Below, one piece after another: positions 51,607-63,113 of a stretch of 64,000 bases of DNA. The notes below the pieces were generated by a model that did no database searches, had not been told where the DNA came from, and worked only from the letters and a program-made list of their open reading frames with translations. Made by a program: the position numbers and the translations under genes. Every line of letters starts with the position of its first letter. Within the stretch, counting starts at the first letter, position 1. The DNA comes from Vicugna vicugna. Its lineage: Eukaryota. The DNA lies in the NCBI GenBank assembly GCA_013265495.1, contig MU061326.1, positions 3,596,001-3,660,000 of the forward strand, in the 5' to 3' direction.

Positions 51607-51838
51607 CAGTTGACCCTTGAACAACTCAGGGGTTAGGGACGCCAACTCTGCACAGTCAAAAATCTACATATAACTTATAGTCAGCCCTCCATATCCCTGG
51701 TTCCTCATATCCACTGTACCGCATCTGAGGAGTCAACCAACGAGGATTGTGTAGTGCTGTAATATTTACCACTGAATACAAAATCTGCATATGAGTGGAC
51801 TTGTGCAGTTCAAACCTGTGTTGTTCAAGGATCAGCTG
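51607..51838 (-). mobile_element. MER8 (Tigger2-derived MITE)
   Basis: TIRs cagttgacccttgaacaac / gttgttcaaggatcagctg; TA TSD on both sides (51605-51606, 51839-51840). Confidence 0.92.
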
Positions 51839-51854
51839 TATTTAAAGCACATAG

Positions 51855-52204
51855 TGAAGGGACAAAACTCACAAAGGGACCAGCAAAACCTCCCAGGCAG
51901 GGCCATTGCCTTCCCGCTTTTGCACTTCTGTAAAACGGCTTGCTTCTAGGAAAACAAAAATTACCCCTAAAATTCCATTGTTTCCCAAAAGCTCACTCCT
52001 GATTGGTCCATTTCTAACACCTCATTTGCATATGGCACAAATTTAATCAAAACCTAAAACCCTATAAAAGTCTCTGTAAACCTACAGAACAGGGTCTAGA
52101 GCTTGGAGTGGTAAAGCCTCTGGGCCCACCGACATAATAAACCTGAATTCTCCAACCCTCCGAGTGTCGCTTGGTCTCTCGACAGGATTCAGGTTTCTAT
52201 AATA
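51855..52204 (+). mobile_element. ERV LTR, sense orientation, with promoter and poly(A) motifs
   Basis: Reverse CCAAT at 52001-52006, octamer ATTTGCAT at 52024-52031, TATAAAA at 52063-52069 and AATAAA at 52136-52141, in LTR order. Ends approximate; no clear TSD. Confidence 0.65.
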
Positions 52205-53350
52205 TTTGGGCAGCGTCAGGAGGCAGGTGCCTTTCATGTTAGCTCAGCTGGCCCTGGTACATGAGGCCCCATGTTGTCTTATGAAGCTGGCCTAACGTTG
52301 ACATCAGAGCCACTGAGCCTTCTTGATCAACTTGCCCAGATGCTCTCGTGACGAATGGTTTTGGGATGATGTTGGGCGCACTGGCCTATTGAAGATGGAT
52401 GCTTCCCTGTCACTCCTGCTGACTCAGAAGCAGATGGCCCCTCCCAGGCAAATGTCCTCAGTCAGTGACTGTGGGGATATGACGTTCTCCAGACACAAGA
52501 GGCATCACTCTGCTTCCTGAGTGGCTCCTTCTGGATTCTGGTTCTCTGACTCCTGCAGGTGGATGTGTTTTTCTTTTTCAGCGATATCTCAGGGCTCCTG
52601 TCTCATTTGTGAGGGAACTCCTCCCCTCTTTCCTGTCTCTTATAGATTGGAATTAGCAAGAAGGAGCCCCTAACCCCATTTTTGACTCTGTGAGAGAAAG
52701 TTAAGTTGGAGAGTGAGTTTGCCACCATGCTACAACAGGGGAAAAAAAATTGAGGGAGGCATGGAGAAGGGAAGCTCAGAGTGTAAGTGTCTTTCCACAA
52801 GTCTGCTGAGAAGGGAGGAAGATAAATTAGTTATTAGAGTGGGAGGAATATAAGAGAGGCGTGAATGTATTTGCTGAAGGGAAGGAACCCAGATAAATGA
52901 GGCTGGATTTCCAGGACAGTGAAGGAGTAATTAATAGAACAAAGTCACAGAGGAGGATCAGGCGACCTGACAGCCACAGCCCTACAGTGTCTCTATTTAA
53001 GGTGATGTGATGGGTGTGTCAGAGGGGGAACTGTACTGAAGGAACAGCCCCCAGCTTCACTTTGGGCTCTTCTCCCAACAGGGTGCGCAGAGTTGAGAGA
53101 GACTGGAAATCACCATCCTTGAGTTTTGACTTGATGGAGCTCAGTCCTCCACTGGCTGGAGTCAGCCTCCTGTGGGTGTGATGTGGGGCTGTCCTCAGCC
53201 AAAGGACCCCTGCAGCCTGTCAGACTGCCTGGATCAGGAGACCCTGCAGCTTTACAGGAGGAGTTTCAAAGAAGTTCATATGCCTATTGTCACTGCCCAA
53301 AAGGAACTTGTGGAGATGGGTCCTTGCATAGATAACAGTGTGATGAGGAA

Positions 53351-53537
53351 TTCAAGTCAGCTCCAGCTGCTGTAACAAAATACCGTACACTGGGTAGCTT
53401 CAAGAATAGGCATTTATTTCTCAGTTCTGGAGGCTGGAAAGGCTAAGATCAAGATGCCATCTGATTCGCTTCCTGGTTTGGAGATGGTTGCCTTCTTGCT
53501 CTGTCTCATGTGGTAGAGAGAGAAAAGGCTCTGATTT
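53351..53537 (-). mobile_element. MaLR LTR fragment (MLT1A/MST-like), truncated by the gap
   Basis: cagctgctgtaacaaaataccgtacactgggtagctt...cagttctggaggctggaaaggctaagatcaagatgcc. Confidence 0.8.
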
Positions 53538-53696
53538 NNNNNNNNNNNNNNNNNNNNNNNNNNNNNNNNNNNNNNNNNNNNNNNNNNNNNNNNNNNNNNN
53601 NNNNNNNNNNNNNNNNNNNNNNNNNNNNNNNNNNNNNNNNNNNNNNNNNNNNNNNNNNNNNNNNNNNNNNNNNNNNNNNNNNNNNNNNNNNNNNNN
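53538..53696. other. Assembly gap (159 N)
   Basis: Run of N. Confidence 1.
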
Positions 53697-53831
53697 CACA
53701 ACGGAATGAGTATAAGAAAACTGTAAGACAGTGGGATAGCTCTTGCAGAGTATTATAGAGAGGAACTCTAGCCATCTACAAGACAGAATTTGTGCATGCT
53801 TGTGGGAGGGGACTCAAGAAGTGTTAGGTAG

Positions 53832-53833
<2 letters not shown>

Positions 53834-53870
<37 letters not shown>
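53834..53870. repeat. (GT)n microsatellite
   Basis: About 18 uninterrupted GT units. Confidence 0.95.
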
Positions 53871-53872
<2 letters not shown>

Positions 53873-54869
53873 GGGGGGAGCAGATAGCCTAAAACTCAAG
53901 ATGAAAAATCTAACCTTTACAGTTTCACATAAATGCAACTTGCTTTTGGCTTACTCAAGCAGTGCCCACTTTTAAGTCCGTTCTGAAATGTCACCTTCCT
54001 CTTCTGCAAATGACTGAACTAATTCACTCAATGAATGTTTATTTGTGATGCTCTGGGCCAGGCACTAGGGGAGGGACCAGAGATGCAGGGGTGGTTGAGA
54101 TTGTCTCTGTCCTCTCATGGGCATTGTCCTCAAACTGGAGAACATGATTCAAACTGGGGGTCCAAGAAGACTTTCCAAGGAATTCTCAAGCATGGATATC
54201 TTACAGAATTCTGCTCTCATACCCTCATCTATCTATTCTTTCCTCAAATGAATCTGCTTGAGTACTCCTGGGTTCACAATAATGCTTCCCATTAAGGAGG
54301 CATTTCCCCATACCTACTTCAGCTCTTTCAAATCTTACCCTGGTGCGTCACGCATAGGCTGCAAACTTCAAGGGCATCAAACGAAGAGAAAACCTTTTTT
54401 TCTTTTTTTAATAATGAATCAAGACATCATTAACCCTTGGAGCATCCCACTCTGTTCCTGTCTTCTGTGTTCCTGGTAAGAATGAAGTATTGTCTTATTG
54501 TAGTATTGGAAAGGGGGTTCTTGGCCCTGCATGTTTGTGATGTTTTGAATCCAACAGATGGATGGTATGTGGAGCAGTGGTAGCTTTCACTTCAGGACTT
54601 TTTCTCTTCCATTCTCTCCTCTTAGTGAGAGTTCTTAAGGGAGACCTACTGGAGAGCAAGGCAAAGAGAGCTTCTGTACAAAATAATGAAACAAAAAAAC
54701 AGGCCCACCTATATTAACCTGTAAGCACCTGTTCACATCTGGCCTCAGTATTCACCCCAAGGGCCAATCATTGAATCCAGATGTCTCCTGGGACTACCAG
54801 CGTTTTCAAGGCTATTAAACAAAATCCCTGAATATCACTTTACCTGGCATCTATCAGATTAGCAATATG

Positions 54870-56300
54870 GTTGTCAATGAAGACAGTCAAAACCTAGTTT
54901 TTCAAATCATATCATGAATTCATCCTTTACAATTATTTGTCATATTATAAAATGTTTAATATTTTCTTCCCACTACTACTCATACAAAATAAAATGTGAA
55001 TATATACTATCTGCTAGACTGATTGTTCTTAGAACTATATTCTTTTTCACTTTTTAACAGAGATATAAAAATTTTGACGATTATGCCTAACGAAATTATT
55101 GGAGTTATTTTGGGTTTTTATAATACATGAGACTCATTTAATTGTCCTTCAAAACTAAATCATATACACACAATTACAGAAGAAATGCCGAGTCTATTAT
55201 CATGCTGTACTCCTCTCGAACAACCGGTAATTTTAGCTGCAAATTACATTGCATTAGAACAAATTCAGTAATGAGAATGATTTATCATCTTGTTTATGTA
55301 ACTTACTCTAAAAAGGGTAAATATATTAGATCTATACCATTTTAATCTTACTGGAATGTTTTTAGTCATCTAACTTGCAAGTGACATCTTTCACTTTATT
55401 TCTAGTCATATCTGTAATGTTCTTTGAAATGTCCATTAGCACATTGATTTCAGATTTTAAAATGAGGTCAGACTTTTTTTTTTCTGATCAAAAAAATCTG
55501 TTTTGGCTAATTGGTTTGACAAAGAGGACTGGCTTCACTATTTATGTTGCATAGTAGATGTTTTCCATAAATAAATGATCAAATCTTAGCTGCAAGATTA
55601 TAAAAATATGTTTAAAGCATAGACTGATACAAAATAATTTTATTAAAAATATTGTATTGATGAAAGTGTAATGAAATTAATAATACGTAAATTTTCCCAA
55701 CTTTTCATGAGTTAATCAATATACTTCTAAGTGAAAAAGTAATATTGATTGATAAATCTTGGTAAACCTTTTTTTGAGTACTTCCCAGGAAGTGAATGGC
55801 TCTGATGATGGGAAACAAATCTTTTCCAAGTCAAGTGTTTTCCGGTTCTTCATTTTCACCAAACTGAAGCAGGAATTGAGTTGCTATGTGGCTTATGATC
55901 ATTAAACATATTTTGGATGGTGAATGACTGTGGAATTTGGAGTATGAAACTTGGAAATAGTTCAAGAACTTGTGCAATATGTCTATCATAAAATCTTTTC
56001 CATTCATATCTGTTTATTTATGTTACCAAAATACATCACTGCTTAGTTCTATAATAATAATTTTAAAAAGGAATTGCATTAACTTAGAAGCCTGAATCAT
56101 TATAGTAATTCATCTTAATCATGGATACATGAGCTACTTGAAGACAAATAGCCCTATTTGTGTGATTAAGAGATGCATTTCTAATAATGTTTTAATATTA
56201 GTAATCTTAAAATCAAATTTGTAATGTATTTATTTTGTTTGGCACAGCTGTATCCTACTGATATTAATTTTAACAACACTAATCATTGATTACCCAACCC
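54870..56300 (+). mobile_element. Charlie1-like hAT transposase remnant
   Basis: AT-rich decayed coding sequence: gaggactggctt, caaatcttttccaagtcaagtg, gatcattaaacatatttt, catggatacatgagcta and attaagagatgcatttc; boundaries approximate. Confidence 0.7.
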
Positions 56301-56418
56301 AGAAGAAATTATTTAACAATTAGAGCTGGAGATTGTTCAACTTTTTTAAATTAAATTTAAATCTAATTTAAATCTAAACTCTGTACAGAAAAGCATAACT
56401 AATAAAAGAATTTGCATC

Positions 56419-56485
56419 ATATATATAATGCTATATATATATACACACATATAGAATGCTATATATATATATATATATATATATA
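56419..56485. repeat. Compound (TA)n repeat
   Basis: Two aatgct(at)n units; the second has about 12 TA. Confidence 0.9.
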
Positions 56486-57080
56486 ATTAGGATTAACATT
56501 TTTCAGAGAATTTAAATGGGAATAACAGAAGGTGTAAATTTTCCATATGTTGGGATTGTCAAATGTGTATGTTACAATCTGTTAGATATCTAACAATATA
56601 TCCATCTAAAAGAGGATATAACCATTTTATTTTAGAATATCAATAACTACACTATACCAGAAATAGCATCCTTTGTAGTTTAAATTTTTGATGAAAAAAA
56701 TTTTTTCAACCTAAAAATGTCCAGGTGATTATAGAATTTTTAAAAAATACATTTAGTGATTATGTGACCAGTCACTGATAACTGAGCTGGGACTGAAAAA
56801 ATGTGAGGAGGAGCCAACGTAAGCCAGAGATGAGACACAGAAAGCAGGACCTATTTACGGAAAATGGAGGTGCACAGTGAGGTGTGCACGACGTAGCCGT
56901 GAAGGCACAGTGGGAACAAAGTCTATTCAGCAGTGTCCCATGCGTGGTCACTGAGGTCGTTTCCAGTGTTCTGTAGTTACAACGAGATTGCAGTGGAAAC
57001 CCCTGTGTGTCTGTGTTTTCATATTCTGGAGGCATATCTCCAGCCCACCTTCCTAGAAGTAGGATTGCCCCGTGAAAGAG

Positions 57081-57268
57081 CAGCGGTACTGGAGTCCACT
57101 CGCTCAGGCACAGGCTCAAAAGAATTAATTGCTATATTGTCAGGAATTTTGTGAGTTTACTGTCAAACCAGTGTCAGCTTGAAATCAACTTAGCGGGGGA
57201 ATTTACACCCCAGTAATCAGCAAACGCTACCTTCCACCCCAGAAAGCCAGGCTACCAGCACGCTCCTG
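57081..57268 (+). mobile_element. MER63A-like MITE
   Basis: cagcggtactggag...tcaggaattttgtgag...cagcttgaaatc...atttacacccc...cagcaaacgctac...accagcacgctcctg. Confidence 0.75.
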
Positions 57269-57427
57269 GGATAAAAAGTGCCAAATTCCCCTCCACTGAT
57301 GGATTGTTTTTCTTTAAGCATATTGCTGGATTCATTTTCTGTATCTTGATTTAGAATTTTTGTGTCATTTACTTTAAGAATGCATAGGCTGCATTTTTTG
57401 AAGGGCACGGCCATGGCATAGGCATTG

Positions 57428-57543
57428 CTTTTTTTTTTTTAAACTTTTTTTATTGAGTTGTAGTCACTTTACAATGTTGTGTCAAATTCCAGTGTACAGC
57501 CCAATTTTTCGGTTATAATGAACATACATATATTCATTGTCAC
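57428..57543 (-). mobile_element. Short camelid L1 3' end
   Basis: Poly-T, then tattgagttgtagtcactttacaatgttgtgtcaaattccagtgtacagc...tattcattgtcac. Confidence 0.85.
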
Positions 57544-58329
57544 CCTGTTATAATAAATGAGGACGCTATCTTGTACCTTCTGAAATATGGACATTGTGCA
57601 ATAGTTATTAATTCCTTAAATTTATGAAATAATTTTCTGATAAACAGAAAGCACTAAAATTGTCTTGAGTTTCTTCTGTATATACAAGTCTCAGTATTCT
57701 TTACTTCAGAAGAAAAATCTTTAGAAGAAAAAGTCAAATTTTCAGAAAAATTAACCATTTTATCAGGATTTTGGAATTTATTTTACTACAGCTTTAGATA
57801 TCTTTCTTTTATAATTTAAAACCACTTTTCCTACCAACAGTAGTATCTCTAATCTCCTTTCATATTACTAATATTGATTTTTCCCCTAGTTTTTCTTTCC
57901 TCAATACATAATACATACATACACATATATAGACACACATGTATTTATTTCTCTAGTTTTTCGTATGTATTTTTCTAATTTTTCTAGTTTTTTTAATTCT
58001 CCCAAATATAGTTTCTGTTTTATATACATGTACATATATATGAAGAGAATAAAGCAAAAAGAATTAGTGACATGAAAGGAGGTTATAATTACCATTGATA
58101 GGGTGAAAACAGCTTTCAAAGAATAAAAAGAAAGCTATTTAAAGGTCTAGGGTAATTTGTTTATCATAAATAAATAACATATTCAGGAAATAATATATTC
58201 AGGTGGATTTCCTGAGTAATGTATGTTCCAAACACTAGACAAACTGGAGTTGGGCTGTTCAATTCAGCGATCCTCTGCCTCCCCCTGCCCACGTGTTCCT
58301 TTTCATTATTCTGTTGTTATCACTGTCAG

Positions 58330-58701
58330 TGCATCAGTCAGGGTCCCATCAGGAAGCGACGGCGAAGTCAAAGCGGGCAGTTTGAAGAAGAGTTTAGTCC
58401 AGGGACTGGAGGAAACCCCTCAGGAGCTGGCTGAGCACGGGAGCTAATCCAGAAGGAGCAGCCGCTCTGAATCCAGAGCGGAGCAGAGAGGGTCTCCTGA
58501 GGGGGCCGGGCCCTTGGGCAGCTCACAGCCTGCAGCGAGGGGACCACGGGGACACAGTCTAGCCTCACACTGCTCCCTCCCTGCTGTGCTAGCGGTGGCT
58601 GGACCCAGCCGGACCACAGGAGGTGAGGGAGCCCATCAGTGCCTCTGCAGGGTCAGGCAGAGGAGGGGGGACGGGAGAAGCAGACAGAAGACATCCCTCA
58701 C
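58330..58701 (-). mobile_element. LTR33-like ERVL LTR
   Basis: tgcatcagtcagggtcccatcaggaagcgacggc...gagggagcccatcagtg...gcagacagaagacatccctcac matches reverse-complement LTR33. Confidence 0.65.
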
Positions 58702-59345
58702 GTTTGAGGTCCTCCTTAATCCATCCTTCCTGCTCTCTTTGGATTGACTTTGCTCTTCTTGTTTTCCCCTCTGATTTGAAGAACTATGAGGATCGGATGC
58801 TCAGTTCCTTTACTTACCTTCTTTGCTTTATCACAGAAGCAGTTAAACCATACAGTGTTTAATTACCAGTCCATATTGGTTCTGACTGATCAGAACTGGA
58901 TGATTAGTATTCGTGGGGTTGGGGGGAGAGGCTCAGAGTGGTGCTATTGGCCAACCCGCTCAAAAAGGTTTCCATGTATTAACAGTCAGACGGCCGACCC
59001 AGGGAGCGCTGGCTAGATGGCAGTCCTATTTAATGCCACAGCTCCTCATCTTGACAATCGTTCCATATGTGTTCCTTTTCATCGTCATTCATTTCCAAGG
59101 TCTGTCATTGCAACTTAAAACTCCTTTTTAACCAAAAAGCTATGTGGGCTCTTGGTTGGAAATTGGTTGAGGTATTTTTAAACTTCAAACCTGTATTATT
59201 AATATCCAGCCTGGTTGCTCTGTGGTCAGAAACCGTCAGCCACCCTCGTGCTGCATTTGGTAATTTATCCAGTTTTTCTTGACGACTCTTGTATAATGAG
59301 TCTTTGTAAATGGTTCATTTACATTATGAAACAAAATCTGTTCTT

Positions 59346-59720
59346 TGGTTTGTTTGTTTTTGGTGTTTTTGTTTGGTTTTAGTGTGGGTTTTTTTTTGGA
59401 GGTAGGTAATTAGGTTTATTTCATTTTTTTTAACATTTTTTATTGATTTATAATCATTTTACAATGTTGTGTCAACGTCCAGTGTACAGCACAATTTTTC
59501 AGTTATACATGAACATATATATATTCATTGTCACATTTATTTCTCTGTGAGCTACCATAAGATCTTGTGTATATTTCCCTGTGCTATATAGTATGATCTT
59601 TTTTTTCTATTCTACAATTTTGAAATCCCGTTTTTTTTTTTAAATGAAGGTAGTGGGAATTGAACCCAGGACCCTGTGCATACTAAGCATGTACTCTATC
59701 CACTGAGCTATACCTTTCCC
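59346..59720 (-). mobile_element. tRNA-Ala-derived camelid SINE split by an L1 fragment
   Basis: Head at 59631-59720 (GGGAAAGGTATAGCTCAGTGGATAGAGTACATGCTTAGTATGCACAGGGTCCTGGGTTCAATTCCC). Tail at 59346-59423 (AATAAACCTAATTACCT plus A-rich). Degenerate 16-bp TSD with 12/16 identity. Confidence 0.85.
59424..59630 (-). mobile_element. Camelid L1 3' end within the SINE
   Basis: taacattttttattgatttataatcattttacaatgttgtgtc...gagctaccataagatcttg. Confidence 0.88.
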
Positions 59721-62508
59721 TACAGAGTATGTTCTTCGATTGGCAGCTTTCCTAAACTGAACGCTTTTCTCCATGGCTTTGTCCTGGTCTTTGTTGTCTC
59801 GGATACAAGGACATGGCAGGATAATATAGGAGATCCAGGCAGGGAGGGGGTCAGGCAGAAACCACTGTAGTTTCTTCAAAATACTTGACTTCCATGAAAG
59901 AGAACTGTTTTCCCAGTGTTTTTAGGGGGTAGACCCGGGCCCCTCTGAGTCGGAGAGAACGCAGACTCAGAAGTTATAGTCATCTGACTGTCATTTTGTG
60001 TGATCTTGGTTTTATGAGATGGAATTTGGATCTGATGAGATGAGGCAGGTTTTGAAGACCTTAATGGCCTCAGCTCTGGCAGCAGGCAGTCCATCCAGCT
60101 TAGTCATCAGCACTGTTGCCTTTTTCTGTTTCCGGGGCCACAATAAGCAGAAGACATTGCCTGGTACCGCTCTCCAGATGTTTTGTCAGCCCAGAGGCAC
60201 AGGACTGCTAGCACATGTCCTGCTCGCCTTTAGAAGAGTGGCAAACGCTGTGCCATCTTAGAGCATCCTCGGACCAGCCCTCAGGGGATGCTCAAGATCT
60301 GGGCATCGGTAGAACTGGAGTGCTTACGACACCATTTTAACACTCCTGCTCTGATCACACCCCTAGACCACGCCCGTGTTTGAATGACAGCATCTTCTTA
60401 TCAGTTACACTATCAAACTGGCCCCTGATCCAATAAAAACAAAATTTGCAAACAGACTAGAAAAATTTGAGACTCACTTAACTTTGTCTTTTCTCCACAT
60501 GTTGCTCCATAGACGATTTATTCTGAATTCTGATCCTGAACCCAGGACTCTAAATTCTAACTGAGTTTCAGATTTGTAAAATATATTCTTGGCTCCAGCT
60601 AAATGAAGTCCCTCCCTGGGACTGCAGATAAGAAATAAGAAACATCTTCCTCCCTACTTAAAATGCATGAATTCTATTAAATAGGGTCGATGTTGGATTA
60701 TGGTTGAACGCCTTTGTCAAATTAATGGGATCTATTGCAGCGTCTTTTCATTTGTAGGTGAATCTTGGTATCCTAGAGGGAAAGGTATGTCTTATTCCCT
60801 CTAGAATCATTGCTTGCAAGGAAGAGAAATGTATTTGAGCTAATTCAAATGACCAAAAGAGAGAAGCCGTGTTGTAAAAATCATACAACAGACAGATCAC
60901 TTGCAAAATCACAATGGCTTACGTTTTGCTCCAGTTTTCTTTCTGGACTGTATTCTTTTGCTCATCCGTGTCCTTACGTGACCTGAGGTTTGAATATTCT
61001 CACAGAACTAACACCCACCACTCAGGTATCTTAGAATCATCAGGAAAAGAACTCTTGTTGGTTACTGACCAGCCAATTAATTAGCTCCAGTTGGTGCCCA
61101 ATCCATCTCTGGGAGTCTGCTGGCTCAGGAGTGGTGCCATTTAGGGCAAACCTGGCCGCCAGCACCTGCTTCTTGTGGGACAGGAGGGGGAAGAGTTTCC
61201 CAGAAGAGGAGAGTCTGAGCTGGAAGGACAGGCAGGGAGGAGTGTGTGGTGCGCGAGCAGGGGTGGGGCAGAGTCCCACCAAGTACGGGGAGAAATTTTA
61301 TCCTCTCCTTTGGAGAAGACCCGTGTACATGACCCCACAGGGTCTGAGTCAAAAAGGATGGTGAAGCTTTTGGAGCAGAATTTTGCAGTTGAAAACAGAT
61401 AGTTCATCCCGTATTTTTCACTTAAAAAAAATCAATATCATGATGGCAGACCACTCAACTTAAGGTATATTTAGATTGTGGATTGAATTTTTTTTCTGAA
61501 CAGCAACACGATCTGAGAGAAGTCAGAAAGTCCCAGTTCTTTCTCAAGCAGCAGCACTGGGTCACCTTGAAAACATGCTCTTTTTTCTCTGGAGCTCAGA
61601 TTCTTTTTTCCAAACAAGAGGATAAGATGTATGAAGGATTTGAAAGTGGCAGTGACTCAGGATAGCGCATCCCGATGGGTGGCCCTATTTGAGAGGCACC
61701 TGGGACCTGACATGTTCTGGAGGAGAAGGAAGGGAGGTAGACAACGGCGTACGGCCGGGCTCAGGGAATAAGCCTGGATATGACACTGCACATCAGTGTC
61801 CTGGGAGACATGGCAAAGCCTGGCCTTGGGCAGTATGTACATCCAAGGGCATTTTACTAATGGGCTGTTGAAGTCTAAGTCATCTGGATTGACGGCCCTT
61901 GGTGAGCGAAGTCCAAGGTGAAGAATATGTCATGTTCTAAGAGGTTCACTAGATGGGAGCAAATCCCCAGCAGGGTCAGGAGTCTGCAGGGAAAGGTCCT
62001 TTGGGGCGGAGGACGTGGACGCAGCCTCAGTCAGTTGGGCATCATCCAGGGCAGCGCTACTCAGGACCCGAGACAGACTCCGGCCACGTGTTCTGACGCC
62101 AACAACCTGGAGTTGAGCCACTCCTCATAGGTTAAGGCCTCCGTCCACCGCAACCCCATCACAAGCTCAGGGCCCCCAGGTCACTTGCACTACTGACCAA
62201 CTGGGTACAGATTCAGGGGTTCTCACTACCACTTCCGGCTCAGAAACTCACTAGTATGACACAGAACAAGGGGAAGTGCTATTCTTAAAATTAGTTTTAT
62301 TACAGCAAAAGGATACAAATCAGAATCAACCCGAAGAAGAGACATATAGAATGAGGTCTGAGATGGCCCCAAACACAAAGCTTCCAGTGTCTCTTCACTA
62401 TGGAGTCAGGAGATAGGATACCCCCACCCCCTACCCAGCACATCGATGTGTGACAATGTGCAGAGTATCGCCAACCAGGGAAGCTCGCCTGGACTTTGGT
62501 GTTCAGAC

Positions 62509-62956
62509 TTTTTTTTCTTTGTTTTTTTTTTTTGTTTGATTTGATTGAGTTATAGTCAGTTTACAATGTTGTGTCAATTTCCAGCGTAGAGCACAATTTT
62601 TCAGTTATACAGGAACACACATACATTCATTGCTGCACACTTTTTCACCATGAGCTACCACAAGATCTTGTATATATTTCCCTGTGCTATGCAGTATAAT
62701 CTTGTTTATCTATTCCACATATGCCTGTCAGTATCTACAAATTTCGAACTCCCTGTCTGTCCCTTCCCACCCCTCTCCCCACTGGCAACCACAAATTTGT
62801 ACTTTATGTCTATGAGTCTTTTTCTGTTTTGTATTTATGTGTTTGTTTTCTTTTTTTAGATTCCACATATGAGCAATCTCATATGGTGTTTTTCTTTCTC
62901 TTTCTGGCTTACTAAACTTAGAATGACATTTTCCAGGGACATCCATGTTGCTGCAA
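62509..62956 (-). mobile_element. Young camelid L1 3' end with ORF2 C-terminus
   Basis: T-rich tail, ttgattgagttatagtcagtttacaatgttgtgtc, and gacatccatgttgctgcaa (the FAATW region). Confidence 0.9.
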
Positions 62957-63113
62957 NNNNNNNNNNNNNNNNNNNNNNNNNNNNNNNNNNNNNNNNNNNN
63001 NNNNNNNNNNNNNNNNNNNNNNNNNNNNNNNNNNNNNNNNNNNNNNNNNNNNNNNNNNNNNNNNNNNNNNNNNNNNNNNNNNNNNNNNNNNNNNNNNNNN
63101 NNNNNNNNNNNNN
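62957..63113. other. Assembly gap (157 N)
   Basis: Run of N. Confidence 1.

Noticed and set aside
59631-59720. tRNA-Ala-like sequence
   Set aside because: It has the SINE tail and TSD and mismatches in the stems, so it is a SINE head rather than a tRNA gene. The same applies at 37174.
21573-63113. X-containing ORFs across the three N runs
   Set aside because: They are artefacts of assembly gaps.
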